Shown one piece after another: positions 12,930 through 25,543 of a DNA stretch of 64,000 bases. The notes beneath the pieces are model-generated. The model did no database searches. It was not told the origin of the DNA and saw nothing but the letters and a program-made list of their open reading frames with translations. Source of the DNA: Vicugna vicugna (taxonomy: Eukaryota); the NCBI GenBank assembly GCA_013265495.1, contig MU058065.1, positions 4,009,003-4,073,002 of the forward strand, read 5' to 3'. Made by a program: the position numbers and the translations under genes. Position 1 is the first letter of the stretch. Each line of letters opens with the position of its first letter.

Positions 12930-14200
12930 ATACAAATATCTAGAATTCATTGTTTTATTATATCTTATCGGGGTCTAATTTTATTTTCTTCTATACAGAT
13001 AAACAATTGTGCTGGCATCATTTGTTAAACAATATTTCTTTAAATACATTAATAAATAAATTCCTGAACCTTTTTTTTTTTTCCCATGACCAGCTCCACC
13101 CACTAGGGAGAAAGCCCTCAACAGCTCCCTCTGATATTCTGCAAGCTGCCTATTCAATGTGTGGATATTTTTGATACTAATATTCATTTATTGGCTGGAA
13201 GTAGTGTACCTGAGTGCTGCTAGACTCCAGTGTAGACTTGATAGAGTCTAATGCCAGGTTAAGCCTTTGTCTTATTATTTATGTAACTTGCTCTCTCTCC
13301 ATAAGAAGTGTAAGATTATCTCTTTATCTCTGAGATCCAGTGATTTTATAAGAATATGCCTATGAAAGTAGCTTATGAATCTTGCTTGGCAAATCCTTTA
13401 AAACCACAGACTCAAGTCTTCTTTAGCTCAGGGAAATTGTCTTCTATAACTAGTTTAAATTTGCTCTCTCTGCCACCTGCTACTTTCTATCCTGAAATGG
13501 TTATTGTTATACACATGAGACCTCATCTGTCCCTCCCCAAAGTTTTTAAAAGTTTTCCCCAAATTTGGTCTCTTTATATTTTAGTACTGGAGTTTGAGAA
13601 ATTTCTTCCATTTGCTCTTTTAAGTCAATTGTGACTGTCCTCTTTTTCAACTCATTTCCTATGTTGTTTTTTTTTAAGTTCAAGATCAATTTTTTTCTTT
13701 CAGAAAGGCTTTTGTGTATTGATCTTAAACCCATTCAACCATGCTAATTGTGCAAGTTGTCATCTGTCTCCTTAAATAGCTCAATTTTGTTAGGAGACTA
13801 TTCTGTTTATTTTCCCTCCCATGGCTTTTGAGTTACGCTTATATATTTAGGTTTGTTTTTTGTTTTCTCCATTTGTTCCTAAAGTGTCAGATCTCCAGCT
13901 GCAAAGGGGATGTTAAGAGGCACTGGTTCTTGTGGGCTTATGGTGCAGCAGCTTAAAGATATTCAGAATTTCTGATGTGATCTCTCTTCCCTGTATCTTG
14001 GGTTCTCCTACCCTCATGAGTAGAGGGGACTCCACCCTCCTGCTCCCTTCTCCTAGGCTCTTGTGGGTCTCCCACAGGCCAAGTGCTCCTCACGTGCCCG
14101 GTGTTCTCCTCAACTGTTCCCCAGGACGAGAGGAGCAAAGGACCTCTGTGATGCTCTCCAAGCTTCCCTGACTGCTGGCCTCAGGAGTTGCTGGCCAAGG
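12930..14200 (-). mobile_element. Ancient L1/HAL1-like fragments
   Basis: T-rich decayed antisense ORF1-like sequence (tcttctttagctcagggaaattgtcttctataac). Confidence 0.45.
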
Positions 14201-14912
14201 AGAGACAGATGAGTTGGAGTGGAGTTGAGAGCAGAGGAAATGTGGAAGCTTCTGTCTTCCCAGACTCCCCTACCTCCTCTTGAGTTAAGGTTGATGTTAA
14301 GTCATTTCTCTTCTCTGGAATCAATAATTCAACCAGTTAATACTGACATATAAGAATATTGATCCAGGGGCAGTTGTCTTATGTAAAGGTGACAGTAATT
14401 AAAATTATTATCAACATTATGAAAACAGAGTAAAGCAAATAAAATATTCTGGAAACTTGATTGAACCTCTATTTTGGAGAACACTTACCAAGGTCATTTT
14501 TGTTGTGGGGTGGAGGGGTGGAAGAAGGAAGGAAAAGGAAAGACATTCTAATGCTTCTTTCTGAAATCCAAATAACGGAATTCTTTGTAAATTTTGTAAG
14601 TTATATAACTAACAGGTCACTTATGTCAGTTTCTCTTACAAGGCAAAATGTTTGCAAAATGTGTAAAGTGAGGAAAAGAAAAATCCTGATTTTTTTCATA
14701 ATTACACATGAATTAATGCCTTTTTTAAAGAGTGTTTGTTTGTTTGTTTGTTTGTTTTGAATTGGGGGAGTTTAGTTGTCAGTAGTGAAAAACAGAATAG
14801 ACCAAAACTGAATTTTCTCTTTCCCATCTGATTGGTTAGAGAGAGGAACTAAAGTGGTGTATATTTTTTAATGGCTCATCTTTTTAAGGTGAAAACATGA
14901 GCAGGTACATCC

Positions 14913-15430
14913 TGTAATAATTTTCCATTGCTGTGTAACACATTAGCACACATTTAAAGATTTAAAACAACACACATTTATTGTCTCACTGTTTCTATGG
15001 TCAGGAGTCTGGGTCTTATGTAAGGCAACAGTTGAAGGGTCGACTGAGGCTATGGTCTCATTCAAGGCTTGTCTGGAGAAGGATCCACTTCCTCAGGCAT
15101 GTGATTTTTGAGGGGCAGCATTTAGTTTCTCGTGGTTTAGAAAGGAGAGCTTCAGTTTTTTTGCTGGCTGGAGGTCACTCTCAGCTCCAAGAGGACACCC
15201 ATATTTCCCTGCCACAGAACCCTCTCCACAGGTAGTTCACAGCAAGACAGCTCGCTTCTTTGAGCCACCAAAGGAGAGAATTTGTTAGAGCACGTCTGTT
15301 AGCAAATGTAATTATGGGAGGGGCAACCCCTCACCTTTGTCCTGTTCCATTCCTTAAAATCAAGTCACAACACACACTCACAGAGAGAGGATTACGCAAG
15401 CCTGTGACCAGGAGGAATCAGGGATCATGG
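14913..15430 (-). mobile_element. MaLR LTR (MLT1E-like)
   Basis: tgtaataattttccattgctgtgtaaca...tttaaaacaacacacatttattgtctcactgtttctatggtcaggagtctgg. Confidence 0.8.
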
Positions 15431-15489
15431 AATTGATTTATCTGTGTTTATGTTTTTTTTTAACTTTATAACTGTACAAATGCTGCATA

Positions 15490-15720
15490 GGCGGTTAAGA
15501 GGTTGACTCATGCCTACGATCAAGTCTCAGCTCGAATATTTCCCACTTTGTGGGATCTCAAGGCAATTTTCACAACCTATCTCAGTTTCCTTGTCAGTAA
15601 AATCAGGAGGGTTAGAGTATCTACTTCATAGAGTTGCTCTAAGGAATACATAATATTATTAAGTTTAAAGCACTTAGAATACTCCCTGGACTGTATCAAG
15701 TGCTCATAAATCTTAGTGAA
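15490..15720 (+). mobile_element. MIR SINE
   Basis: tctcagtttccttgtcagtaaaatcagg...aaagcacttagaatactccctgg...aagtgctcataaa. Confidence 0.75.
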
Positions 15721-15939
15721 TATGAAGAATAAATACACAATAGAACATATTTAAAGGTAATTTAAAAATAAATGTAAATAAATAAAGTTCTAATGATTCT
15801 TCCCACACTTCAGAAAGCAGTTTTATATGCATCCTATGGACCATAGACTCCTCACTTTGAAGACAGTTGCACAAGCTCCCATGCAGGCTGTGCAATCCTG
15901 ACAAAATTCCCATTCATAGAGGATAATAGCCATTTATAT

Positions 15940-16065
15940 GAAATCTCAGAATTCTAAAGCTGGAAGGCAGCTTCTGGACCATTTTCTCCAACCTCTCCCA
16001 TGTTACAGATAAGGAATCAGAAATCCAGAGAAGTTAGACGCTGAGCCCCGGGTTCCTTGGCTCCA
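15940..16065 (-). mobile_element. MIR/MIR3 fragment
   Basis: agctggaaggcagc...ccaacctctcccatgttacagataaggaatcagaaatccagagaagtt. Confidence 0.65.
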
Positions 16066-18656
16066 GATTATGGGAAGCAGTAGAAGAAGGAATCTCCCTG
16101 GGAGCCCAAAGAAAGGAACCGTGAGACAAAAGACACTCTTACGTTACCAGCCTGCAGTGAAGCAGTCTATATCCAGCTCTGTCTTTATGCATCCAGATGT
16201 TCCTGAACATAACCCTACCGATTTTGGCGATGGCCATTTTAGATATACTAAATATCTGACTTCCAGACTAGACAAAAAAACACCCTCTTTAGAAAACCCA
16301 GAATAGAAGTTGTGTTGAGTTGATAGATATGAGACATATTTATTGGGGATAATCCCCATTAAAAAAGAATAATTAAATACTACTTAATCATAGTGGGATG
16401 ATGGATAATGCACTAATATTATGCGAGTCCAATGGGCATTGTCAGATGATTGGAGTCCCCGTTTAGGGTCCTACATAATTATACTTCCTATCATGACAGA
16501 GGCGTCGGTGCCTTTTGTTAATCAGTATCACTCTTAACCACTGTGGGACGATCAGCCAATCAGACCGCTCAATTACTGTGGATGAATGGTCCTGACCTCA
16601 TGAATATGAATAGAGGACATACACAAAAGAGCAGTCCTTTTAATGACAATGAAACTGCCGCGAGGGATGAAAGAAAGTGTGGATTTAAAAAAATGATTAA
16701 AATTGCAATGAGAAAAATCATAATTAGCTGTGAGGATTACATATATTTGTGAAAATGTTTCTCTCTTGCCTTTTGGACAAAGAGCCAAAGTGAATTATTT
16801 TAGCCTTCATTTCCTCTAGATGTGGATGTCCCAGTTGCTGACAGCTGGACCTAGCTTGCATTTAAATACTATAAAGCTCCATGTAAATATTTAGAAAACA
16901 GAAGCAGAAGGATAGGAGTTCAGATATGCTCTTAAACCAAGTGTCATGAGGTTCAACTGGAGACATAAGCGTTGAATGGTGCCTTGTCAATGTCATGGTG
17001 CAAAGGCAGCACCATCTGAAGGGCTTCAGTCAAACCCTCGGATGTGTAGCACTAAATCAACGTGGAGGAAAGGATTATAGAAAATGTGCAATATTTACTT
17101 CCTTAGTCCTCTTATTCCATTTTCACCCCTTCCAAAAATTGCTGGGCTTTTGCTCACAAAGATGCAAGAGATAGAGCAGAATGACATAAATTAGAATCAA
17201 CTGAGAAAGATAAAAGGAATCCAAGAGTCAGGTTATAAAGACATGGGTGAAGTGCATGTGCAAATATACATACCATGGTATTTTACCTAGGGGGCATTGT
17301 TATAATCTGGATTCATTCATGAAGTCCCAGAAGTTTCAAGGGTTGCGTAAAGAAAGGAGAGTCATCAGAAAGGCATTCACTAAGGAGTGTCCACTCTGAA
17401 AATGGTCCCCGTGCTGAACTTCAGCATCTGCCCTCACCAGGGCATCCTCTATCAGTCTCTCCCTGATTGTTGCAGCTGTACAATGCAGACAGAGCACATC
17501 GCCTAGTGAACCTGCAGATCTTAAAAAAAAAAAAAAAGATTCAGGGCTTCATGAAGTAGGTGAAAGTCAGAATAGATAAGTGCTTGAATTACAAGCCACT
17601 GGCAAATGAGGGTCTGGCAGTGTTAGGTTAGTTAACAACTAAATAAGGGGAAATGGATGAGGAAGACATCACTGGTGTATGCTTCAAAAGCGAAAAGATT
17701 TGAATATCAAAGGATTAAGAAAGGCCCTTGGGAAAATCGATGAAGCTCTTGAATATTTCTGCAGAAATGACCTTCTACATCTTACTATGAAAGTCAAATG
17801 TGAAAGATGTCTTACTAAGCTATCAGACAATGTTATCAGAATAAAATGCCAAATAAATCACCAACGTAACATTTGGTTTTTGTTTGATAAATCAGTGCAT
17901 AGTTTCTAAGTATGTTACATTTAGAGACAATAGAGTTTTATAATTTTAATTTTGCTTTTTAAGGTAAAATTTTTCTATCAACTCTCTCTGCCCCCACCAC
18001 TCTGCCACCCCTGCTCAGTCACCATGTTCATTTACGAGAAAATTTTGGTCTGTGATTTAAAAGGTCCTTTATTTTTTTTTGGTCGTATTAGTTATTGCTA
18101 ATAATAAGTGCCTTACATGCTTGTAAGAGTGGAACCCTATATTTCAGTAGCAAACTCTAGGAGCAAAACACAATCAGTTATGTGATTCATAATGCCCTTG
18201 AGATAAAAACCAGTCAGTTGCTCAGCTTTGAAAAGGCACATTGATTCCTGGGACCAAGCCCGGAAGCACAGAACCAGGACACACGGAGATGTCAAAAACC
18301 CCCATGTTCTTGCAACAAGCACGATCAGGATTTCCATGGGCTCGTGTTTTCATTGTAGCTCATAATATAAGCTAATGGCTCCTCACCAGAGCCCAGTTAT
18401 TAGGTAGTTAAGTTGTGTTCAAGACTGCTGTGTTTTTGCCCGAATGAACAACACTTAGATAATCTAGTACAATCCAAGAATGAGTTTTTAGAGTCTGTAA
18501 AGCAATGTTTCCTTGAACGCGTTCCAGGAGCGCTAGTTCTGAAAGCTCCTTCAGAACAAACACAGGGTGAGCAAAGTGATGCATAATCAAACAAGTTTGG
18601 AAAAGACTGCGTGTGATTCGTGGAGATTCTGCTGCTAAGAGCGTGGGTAAATTGCT

Positions 18657-18885
18657 ATTGCATGGGGCCAAGAGCCCAGACTCTGGAGTCGAAGTGACTG
18701 GGTTTTACCCTGGCTTTTCCACTCACTAGCTGTTACCTGGGCATGTTATTAACCTCCCCACACCTCAGCGTCCTCAACTTCAAAATGGAAATTAAAATAG
18801 CAGCACTTTCTTCAGAGTGTTGCTGTTCCCATTAATTCATTATGCAAGGTGCCTGACGCCAGCAACTGCTACGGAAGTCCCAGCT
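18657..18885 (+). mobile_element. MIR SINE
   Basis: agactctggagtc...ccactcactagctgttacctgggcatgttattaacctc...cctcagcgtcctcaacttcaaaatgg. Confidence 0.8.
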
Positions 18886-19009
18886 GTAGGTTTGTCCTGC
18901 ACAGCAGCCAGTTTAATGCTATTGAATTCTGGGTGGCACACCTTATTTGATCACAGCAACCTCCTTTCTTCCTGAGAACAGCTATTAACATGTTGGAAAT
19001 AAGCTCTGG

Positions 19010-19360
19010 GAAAGTTTTCAAACTGTATTTTTTTTAATAGCTGTGCATATCACAATCATTTGTAAAACTTTTCCAAAAAGAGAATACCCACCCTCTTCCC
19101 CAAACCGAGATGCTGACTCAGTTATGTGGAGGGGGCACAATTATCTGAATTTTCAGGAAGTTCCCTAAGTGAGCCCATTATGGTTCTGAACTGTTACTGG
19201 GAGCTGTGGTCTTCAAGGCGGGGCTCCTGCCCCAGCACCGGCATCACTTGGGACTTGTTCGAAATGCACGTTCTCGGTCCACACTTCAGACCTACAGCTG
19301 AGAAACTCTGTTGTGGGACTAGCGATCCCCTCCAGGTGATTCTGTTTGAAAATTACTGAT
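19010..19360. mobile_element. MER5-family hAT MITEs (MER5B-like, then MER5A at ~19203-19360)
   Basis: cagcaccggcatcacttgggacttgttcgaaatgcacgttctcgg...ccctccaggtgattctg...gaaaattactg. Confidence 0.65.
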
Positions 19361-19774
19361 ATGGGGGCATAAGGGAAACTGACAGCCCTTCAGTCCTTCC
19401 TCTAATGCACTTCTCTGTGCTGAGGTTTCAGAGACATGATAGATTTCAGGTTTCATGATAGACTTCACTGAGTCTGAGATTATTCCCCTGCAAGAAGAAA
19501 AGTGTCTTTCAAGCTCGTCGTTTAAATCCAGAGCCAATGGTTTTGGAAATCAACTGAGCTTGGATCAAAAATAACATCGTACCTGCAAGGATCTGCATCT
19601 AAATAGAAGGGCCCCTGGGGTGGTTTTATACACTGTCAACTCAGCGAAAATGGAACCGTGTATCCAAGAACCTCATTCCCAGTGTGTATATGAATCTTCT
19701 GTTTCTCTGAAATCTCCTTCTTCTCCAGACCTGGGTACCAGATGTGTGTGCGGCTCCCCGTGGAAGATCTTGAG

Positions 19775-19799
19775 CATCTTCTGTAGTCATCCACAGCAT
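19775..19799 (+). repeat. Exact 25-bp direct repeat, copy 1 (copy 2 at 20843-20867)
   Basis: catcttctgtagtcatccacagcat occurs at both sites. Confidence 0.95.
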
Positions 19800-20244
19800 C
19801 TTATTAAGGATGTCGGTCCCAGAAAGTCCCCACTTTTCTCTGCTTCACACATACTTCCCACCTGCCCTGCTAACCTGTGGTGACCTGAGGCTCCCCATCC
19901 AATGTCTAGGCAGCTCCCATTCTGACGCTCCTCAACCAGCCCCCTGCGTGGGTTTTACTTCATGCATCATCTTTGATTCCTCAACCACCTTCCTTCCAGA
20001 CTTGGACTTACCAAATGAAATCCCTGAACTTTTAGACAGCAGTGTGCACTGTGTATGTATTTGCATGTATGGCTGTGTTTTCTTGTAAAGCAGGTCTATA
20101 CAGTTCTAAGCAAAGGATTTTGAATCCTGCAAAAAGTTGCAATGAGATGAGCTATCTATAAACATCCCCTCAAGACAGAAAGTGTTCTAAGCTAAAGCAG
20201 GGAGAATAGACAGGTGGTAGCATAGCTTTATTGGTGGAACTACC

Positions 20245-20400
20245 AGTTATCACTGAGCAATGGTGGGTATTTACTTTGTGCCAGGCCTTGTGATAAATAC
20301 TTTTCAGAGAGTGTCATTTGATCCGGACCACCCCATCAGATTGGTACTTTCATTTCTCCCATTTTACACATGAGGAAACTGAGGCTCAGGAAGGTTCCAC
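20245..20400 (-). mobile_element. MIR SINE
   Basis: tttactttgtgccaggccttgtgataaatac...cccattttacacatgaggaaactgaggctcag. Confidence 0.8.
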
Positions 20401-20842
20401 GGTGGGCCAGTTTCTGTGTATCTTAGGGGTGTTCTGTTAGGTTTCCTCCCAACCAGATGAAAAGAGAGATCTGACTCAGACAGTAAACCCCATTGTTTCA
20501 ACGCCATGTTCATTACATAACTGTGTCATGATTTGCCCATTCTTTGGCTTTTTTTAATTGCAAAAGTAAAATATTTACTGGAGGAAAATTGGACAATGTA
20601 GATAAGTATAAAGAATAAAGTCACTCAGAATCCCATCAATTAGGTCATTTCTTTAAAAATGACTTTCTACCACTTCTACTTCCTATAAAAATAAAATCCA
20701 TTTTTATAGGCTTTCCCCTCCCGCCACTTCACATTTTAAATACATGCCTGTTTCTATTAAACATAAGATGATTTCAATTTCAGTTTTATGTAAGAGGGAA
20801 CTCTTTGGTGTGAAGAGAATTGGCTAATATTTGACATGCATT

Positions 20843-20867
20843 CATCTTCTGTAGTCATCCACAGCAT
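20843..20867 (+). repeat. Exact 25-bp direct repeat, copy 2
   Basis: Identical to 19775-19799. Confidence 0.95.
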
Positions 20868-21559
20868 TCACTTCATTAATGGTTAACATGCCGAGAAAAG
20901 AGATTAAGACAATTTTTAAAAAAGTTGTGGTGGTGGAAGTTGCCTTTAATGGTTTCTGATGAGTTTTTACTTGCCTTCTGAAAAAAACCTCTTACACTCT
21001 TTTACTGAGATGCTACGAAGTCACTGGGGCCGAGATTTACTGTTGTTAATATGCCTTTCAGTAATGCTAAATTCAAGTATGAAAGGATTATGAGGCTCCC
21101 TCTGACATAAAACTCCCCTGGGTTCCTGGGCTCCTCATCGTAAATGGCTCCTTTATGGGAGGAACTAAGCAGCAGGTCAGTGAACGGCAACAACGGATAT
21201 GGAAAAAAAATTTCGCACTTCTTTGTGTTTTCAAGTGATATAAAGATCAGTGGGTTCTAAGTATACAGATCATCTTTCATTGAGAATTTCCACCCCTTAC
21301 TATATAACCTTGCAGATGATAAACTCGGCAGTGTCACGGTGGCACTGTGCAATTATCTAAGAGGAAGGTGAGAGTGGTCCCGTTGTGTGAGTCGCACTCA
21401 CCGGGTCAGTTAATTAGATGAGTGCAAATGCCTTCACGGGAGAGACTCAGGTCTAAATCAGACTGTCTCATGATATCAGACTATGAGAAGCTAAGAAAAA
21501 AAAAATGAAAGGAGGCTAGGAGAAATGAAAGGAAAACAATTTTAAAGAAAAACACAAAG

Positions 21560-21973
21560 ATGATTCCACTTAGATGAGGTACCTAAAATTGTCAAATTCA
21601 TAAAAGCAGAGAGTGCAAAGATGGTTGCCAGGAGGTGGGAGGAGGGGGAAATGGAAAATTGTTCAGTGGGTATGAAGTTATAGTTACATACGATGAATAG
21701 GTTGTAGAAATCTGCTCCCGAGCCTGTAGTTAACTACACTGTTGTGCACTTAAAAACTTGTTAAGAGGGCAGATCTCCTGCCAAGTGTTCTTAACACACA
21801 CACACACACAAAGAAAGGGAACACGAGAAATCTTCTGGAGGTGACAAGTATGTCTCTTACCTTATTTGCAGTGATAGCATCACATGTGTACACATGTACC
21901 CAAAGCCATCAAAATGTGTTAAATATGTACAACTTTTTTGTATATTGAGTGTATCTCAATAAAGTTAAAAAAA
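21560..21973 (+). mobile_element. L1MB-like 3' UTR
   Basis: tgattccacttagatgaggtacctaaaattgtcaaattcata...atggttgccagg...tctcaataaagttaaaaaaa. Confidence 0.85.
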
Positions 21974-23007
21974 TAATTCTATCCTCTGCACCCAAAGACA
22001 AGAGCCATGTTAAATCTGTATTGGTTTGGCCAACATGATTTCTTGAGGCTCCCTCGCTCACTCGTGCTTTGGCACTTACTCTAGAGAGCATCTCTCTGCT
22101 CAAGCTTATTTGGGTCAGACAGTCTATCTAGTCTGAAAATGGGGTGCTGTGTAGTTTATATGCCAAGACTTTATTAATTCGAATTTAATGACACTGGTAG
22201 AGAGAGACCCATTTTTTTCCTTTTAGTTAGTGTAAGCTTCCTGCCTGTGGGAACTTCAGCTATGGTTATGATATTAATTCCCTGCAACAGGGAATTAATT
22301 TAGAGAATCCAGCATAGGTGTACTCCTTATCAAGCATAATTTTCCCTTAAAAAAGAACTCTTTATTAAAACAATTAAGCAAAATCCAGGAAGAACATAAC
22401 TGAAGACCACAAACAAGTATGATTGAAAGAAATAAGAATTAGGTACAACTAGGCACCACAGACTAACCCGCACCCCCCTGGAAGGCCTCCTCGCTACCTG
22501 AGATCTAGCTGAAACTTCTACCCACCGAGTGCGTGGCCCCGGAGGGCTGGAACCCAGTCCTTGCTCCGTATGTGTATGCTCCCAGCCTCCGGTGCCTCTG
22601 GCACTCTGCTTTTCTCTTCAACTATTTTTCTTCCTCATTCTATCTTCCTCAAAGTGAAGTCTAGACCCACTATTGGTTTCTAGGACAATAACAAAATCAC
22701 TTGCAAAGACTTCTGTGTTCAGTAAATGTTATTCAGCATCAAGAGATCCCAGGAAGGCGTTGTTCGCTCAGCCCAGGAGCTGGCTCCTGGCTCCATCGCT
22801 CCTCTTCTCTTCTCCCTTCTAGATGCTAACGCTATTACGTGGAGCAATTTTGCTCTCCTTTCTAAAGCCTGGACACCCTGACGCTAATGCCTCACATGGG
22901 GCAGGAAGTGAAAAATGTAGTCAGAGAGGAAAGAAGTTCACTTCCTGCCTTGTGCCCTAATCAATACATTATTTATTTCCACAGAAGCCAGTTTTCTCTT
23001 GAAGTGC

Positions 23008-23526
23008 ATTTTTTATTAAGGTAATATTATAGTTTAGAAAGTGCATAGATCTTAAGGATCTAGCTTGATGAATTTTGACAAATGCATCTGATGGCTGCCT
23101 AGGCGACTATCCCATTGTTATGCAACAGATAGATGTCTGTAGTTTTTCCTTTTTATTATTAACTAGAATTCCATGGTATGGGGATGGAACGCCTTCTGCA
23201 ATTGAGGGGCATTTAAGTTGTTCGGGGCTTCTTTTATTTTGAAAAAGCTGACGTAAACATTCTTGAACAACTCCTTTCGTAGACATGTAACCTTATTCCT
23301 GTTGAGTAAGTGACTAAAAGTGCAATTGCTGGGCAATGGAGTAGGTGCATGTTTAACTTTATAGGAAACTGCCAAACAGGTTTTCAAAATGGTTTTCCCA
23401 CTTGATACTCACACCAGCAATCTAAGGGAGGACTAACTGTTCTGTATCCTCACCAGCAGTTGGCATTGTCAGTCTCTTTAATTTTGGTCTTCCTAGTGGG
23501 TATGTAGTTGTATAGAACTGTGGTTA
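23008..23526 (-). mobile_element. Old L1 3' end (L1MC/ME-like)
   Basis: gaattttgacaaatgcat...atgtttaactttataggaaactgccaaacaggttttcaaaatgg; ORF 23163-23387 resembles the L1 ORF2 C-terminus. Confidence 0.8.
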
Positions 23527-23799
23527 GAGGAGAAATTTTGAGGCTAGCTCTTAAAGTAGTTAAATTTTCTCCACCTTGTTACAAAGCCAGATTTTGAGTA
23601 TTATTAATCACTGCTTAGTAGAAAATCCTATTATTCCTCAGTTTCATGAGCAAGTAATTTACCCTGAAATTGTATTTTACCTGAAGTCTGTTGGTGTTTT
23701 TGTTCATGGTTCATGGAATCAATAGTTTTGAGCCCAAACCCCACCTATAATTTTCCCTGTAGCTAACTGTCTATTGCCTGCTGAAAAAGTTGGTTCTAG

Positions 23800-24025
23800 A
23801 AAATCCTTCTCTTTCAGAGGTTTGTACTAAAATATTTACAAATGAACTAGGATGACAGATGAGATTTGCTTCAAAACAAGGTGGAGTGGGGCATGATTGT
23901 GTGATGGTTGGTCATAGATTAAACAAAATCTGATGTGAATTCCTAATTGTGAAATACCAGTGTGGATATATGGGGATTCTATTTTTACATATATTTGACA
24001 TTTTTCTTCATGAAAAGTTAAAATG
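23800..24025 (+). mobile_element. L1MC4/5-like 3' terminus
   Basis: tactaaaatatttacaaatgaa...gatttgcttcaaaac...catgaaaagttaaaa. Confidence 0.7.
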
Positions 24026-24581
24026 TATTTGTCAGTTTTGATTATTTATGCTCCATCTTCTTTCACTAAAGAGTTTTGATGGCTAGTAAGAATACTGACT
24101 GTAAAATGGGAAAATACGAGCAGATGAAAACCATGGATCACTAAAACCAAATACAAGGGCACGAGGCAGAATTGAGTAGACAACTGTGGCTAGAAGTGGC
24201 AGGAAGATGCAACTACGAAAAGTGGGTTCCATCACAAAGCAAGAGGACAAGCAAACACCCATAAAGGGACACAGGGGAATAGCTTTTACGTCCTCCCTAG
24301 AGCTGGCAGGTACAAAGGCAGCTGGGCTGGAACTGGGGCTGGAGCCCCGGCAGAGAATAGGATTATGGGAATGGAGGATGGAGGTGGGGGTGGGGAGTGG
24401 AATCAGAATGTGGATTGCAGGGGCCCCACTGTCGGAGGTGGGGTATGAACACTGGCTCCCATCTTCCTGGTGATAACGCCCAGAAGCAAAAATGATCAGT
24501 TGTGCATTTCACATAAGTGAAAAATTTATCTGGTCTCTAGGGAAAGCATAGTTTTTCCTAATAGATGGGTCTGAAAATCAT

Positions 24582-24650
24582 ACACACACACACACAAACA
24601 CACACACACAAAAACACACAAACACACACACAAACACACACACACACACA
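24582..24650. repeat. Interrupted (CA)n microsatellite
   Basis: Read directly from the sequence. Confidence 0.95.
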
Positions 24651-25009
24651 TATAATATTTTAAAATTAATTTATTCTTTAATTTTTAAACATGGGACTTG
24701 GCTTCTCCCAGCCCTCTGGCCCAATGAGGTGTCCCTGGTCTCCCTGCTACCCTCTCAGGACCCCGACAAGCTTCCAGTGACTGACAGGGATAGACTTTTC
24801 TTCCCTGTACCCCGATGCCTTCTGCCACTCTCTGTTCTTACAGTCTCCCAATCTGTGAAAATTCAGAAGAAGGAAAATAACAGTAGTCTGGTAGCTTACT
24901 AAAAGGAACATCCTCTCCCTTTCTGACTAACTGCTCAGACCTCCCTTTCCCACCAGGAGTTTACCTGCCTGGTGGCCCATAAGGATTAATTTGAATGAAC
25001 AGAGAATTT

Positions 25010-25150
25010 AAATCAGTTTGGGACTTTAGAAACCCTCTAGCCCAGTTCTTTCACTTCACAGAGGAGGAAACAGAGGCCCAGGGAGGTTAAGGGACCTTGC
25101 CCCACTGATGATGGCCAAGTCTTGACACAAACCCAGTCTCCTGGATCCCA
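25010..25150 (-). mobile_element. MIR fragment
   Basis: ttcacagaggaggaaacagaggcccagggaggttaagggaccttgccc. Confidence 0.7.
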
Positions 25151-25543
25151 ACCCCTGGGAAGAGGCACCCAGCCCCTTGTCATGGCTTGTGGGTTCCCTG
25201 CAGACTTTACCTCCTAGTCCTGCCTGCAACATGGGTGCTTATAAAACAAGCCCCATGTTCTTTTTCATAGAGCATAACTTTCATAAACACTTTCAACTGA
25301 ACGGTTTGAAAAGCTGGTTCTAGAAATGATTTTAGCTCAATCTTGGTGCAGAACAGAGTAGTTGTCTTACATGGCTCCTCAGCTATCCAGGGGTGAATTT
25401 TTTCACAAGACACATGCCTTCAAATCATTATCTGTTACCCTTTTGAAAATAAGGAAACCCACCAAACATCAACCAGCAACAACAGAGCATGTGGTCCTGT
25501 CACAGGGCTCACGGATTCTGACAGAGCTGGGGAAGAAGAGCAT

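Noticed and set aside
25209..25319. 111-nt minus-strand exon candidate
   Set aside because: Weak polypyrimidine tract, unrecognised peptide, no supporting partner exon.
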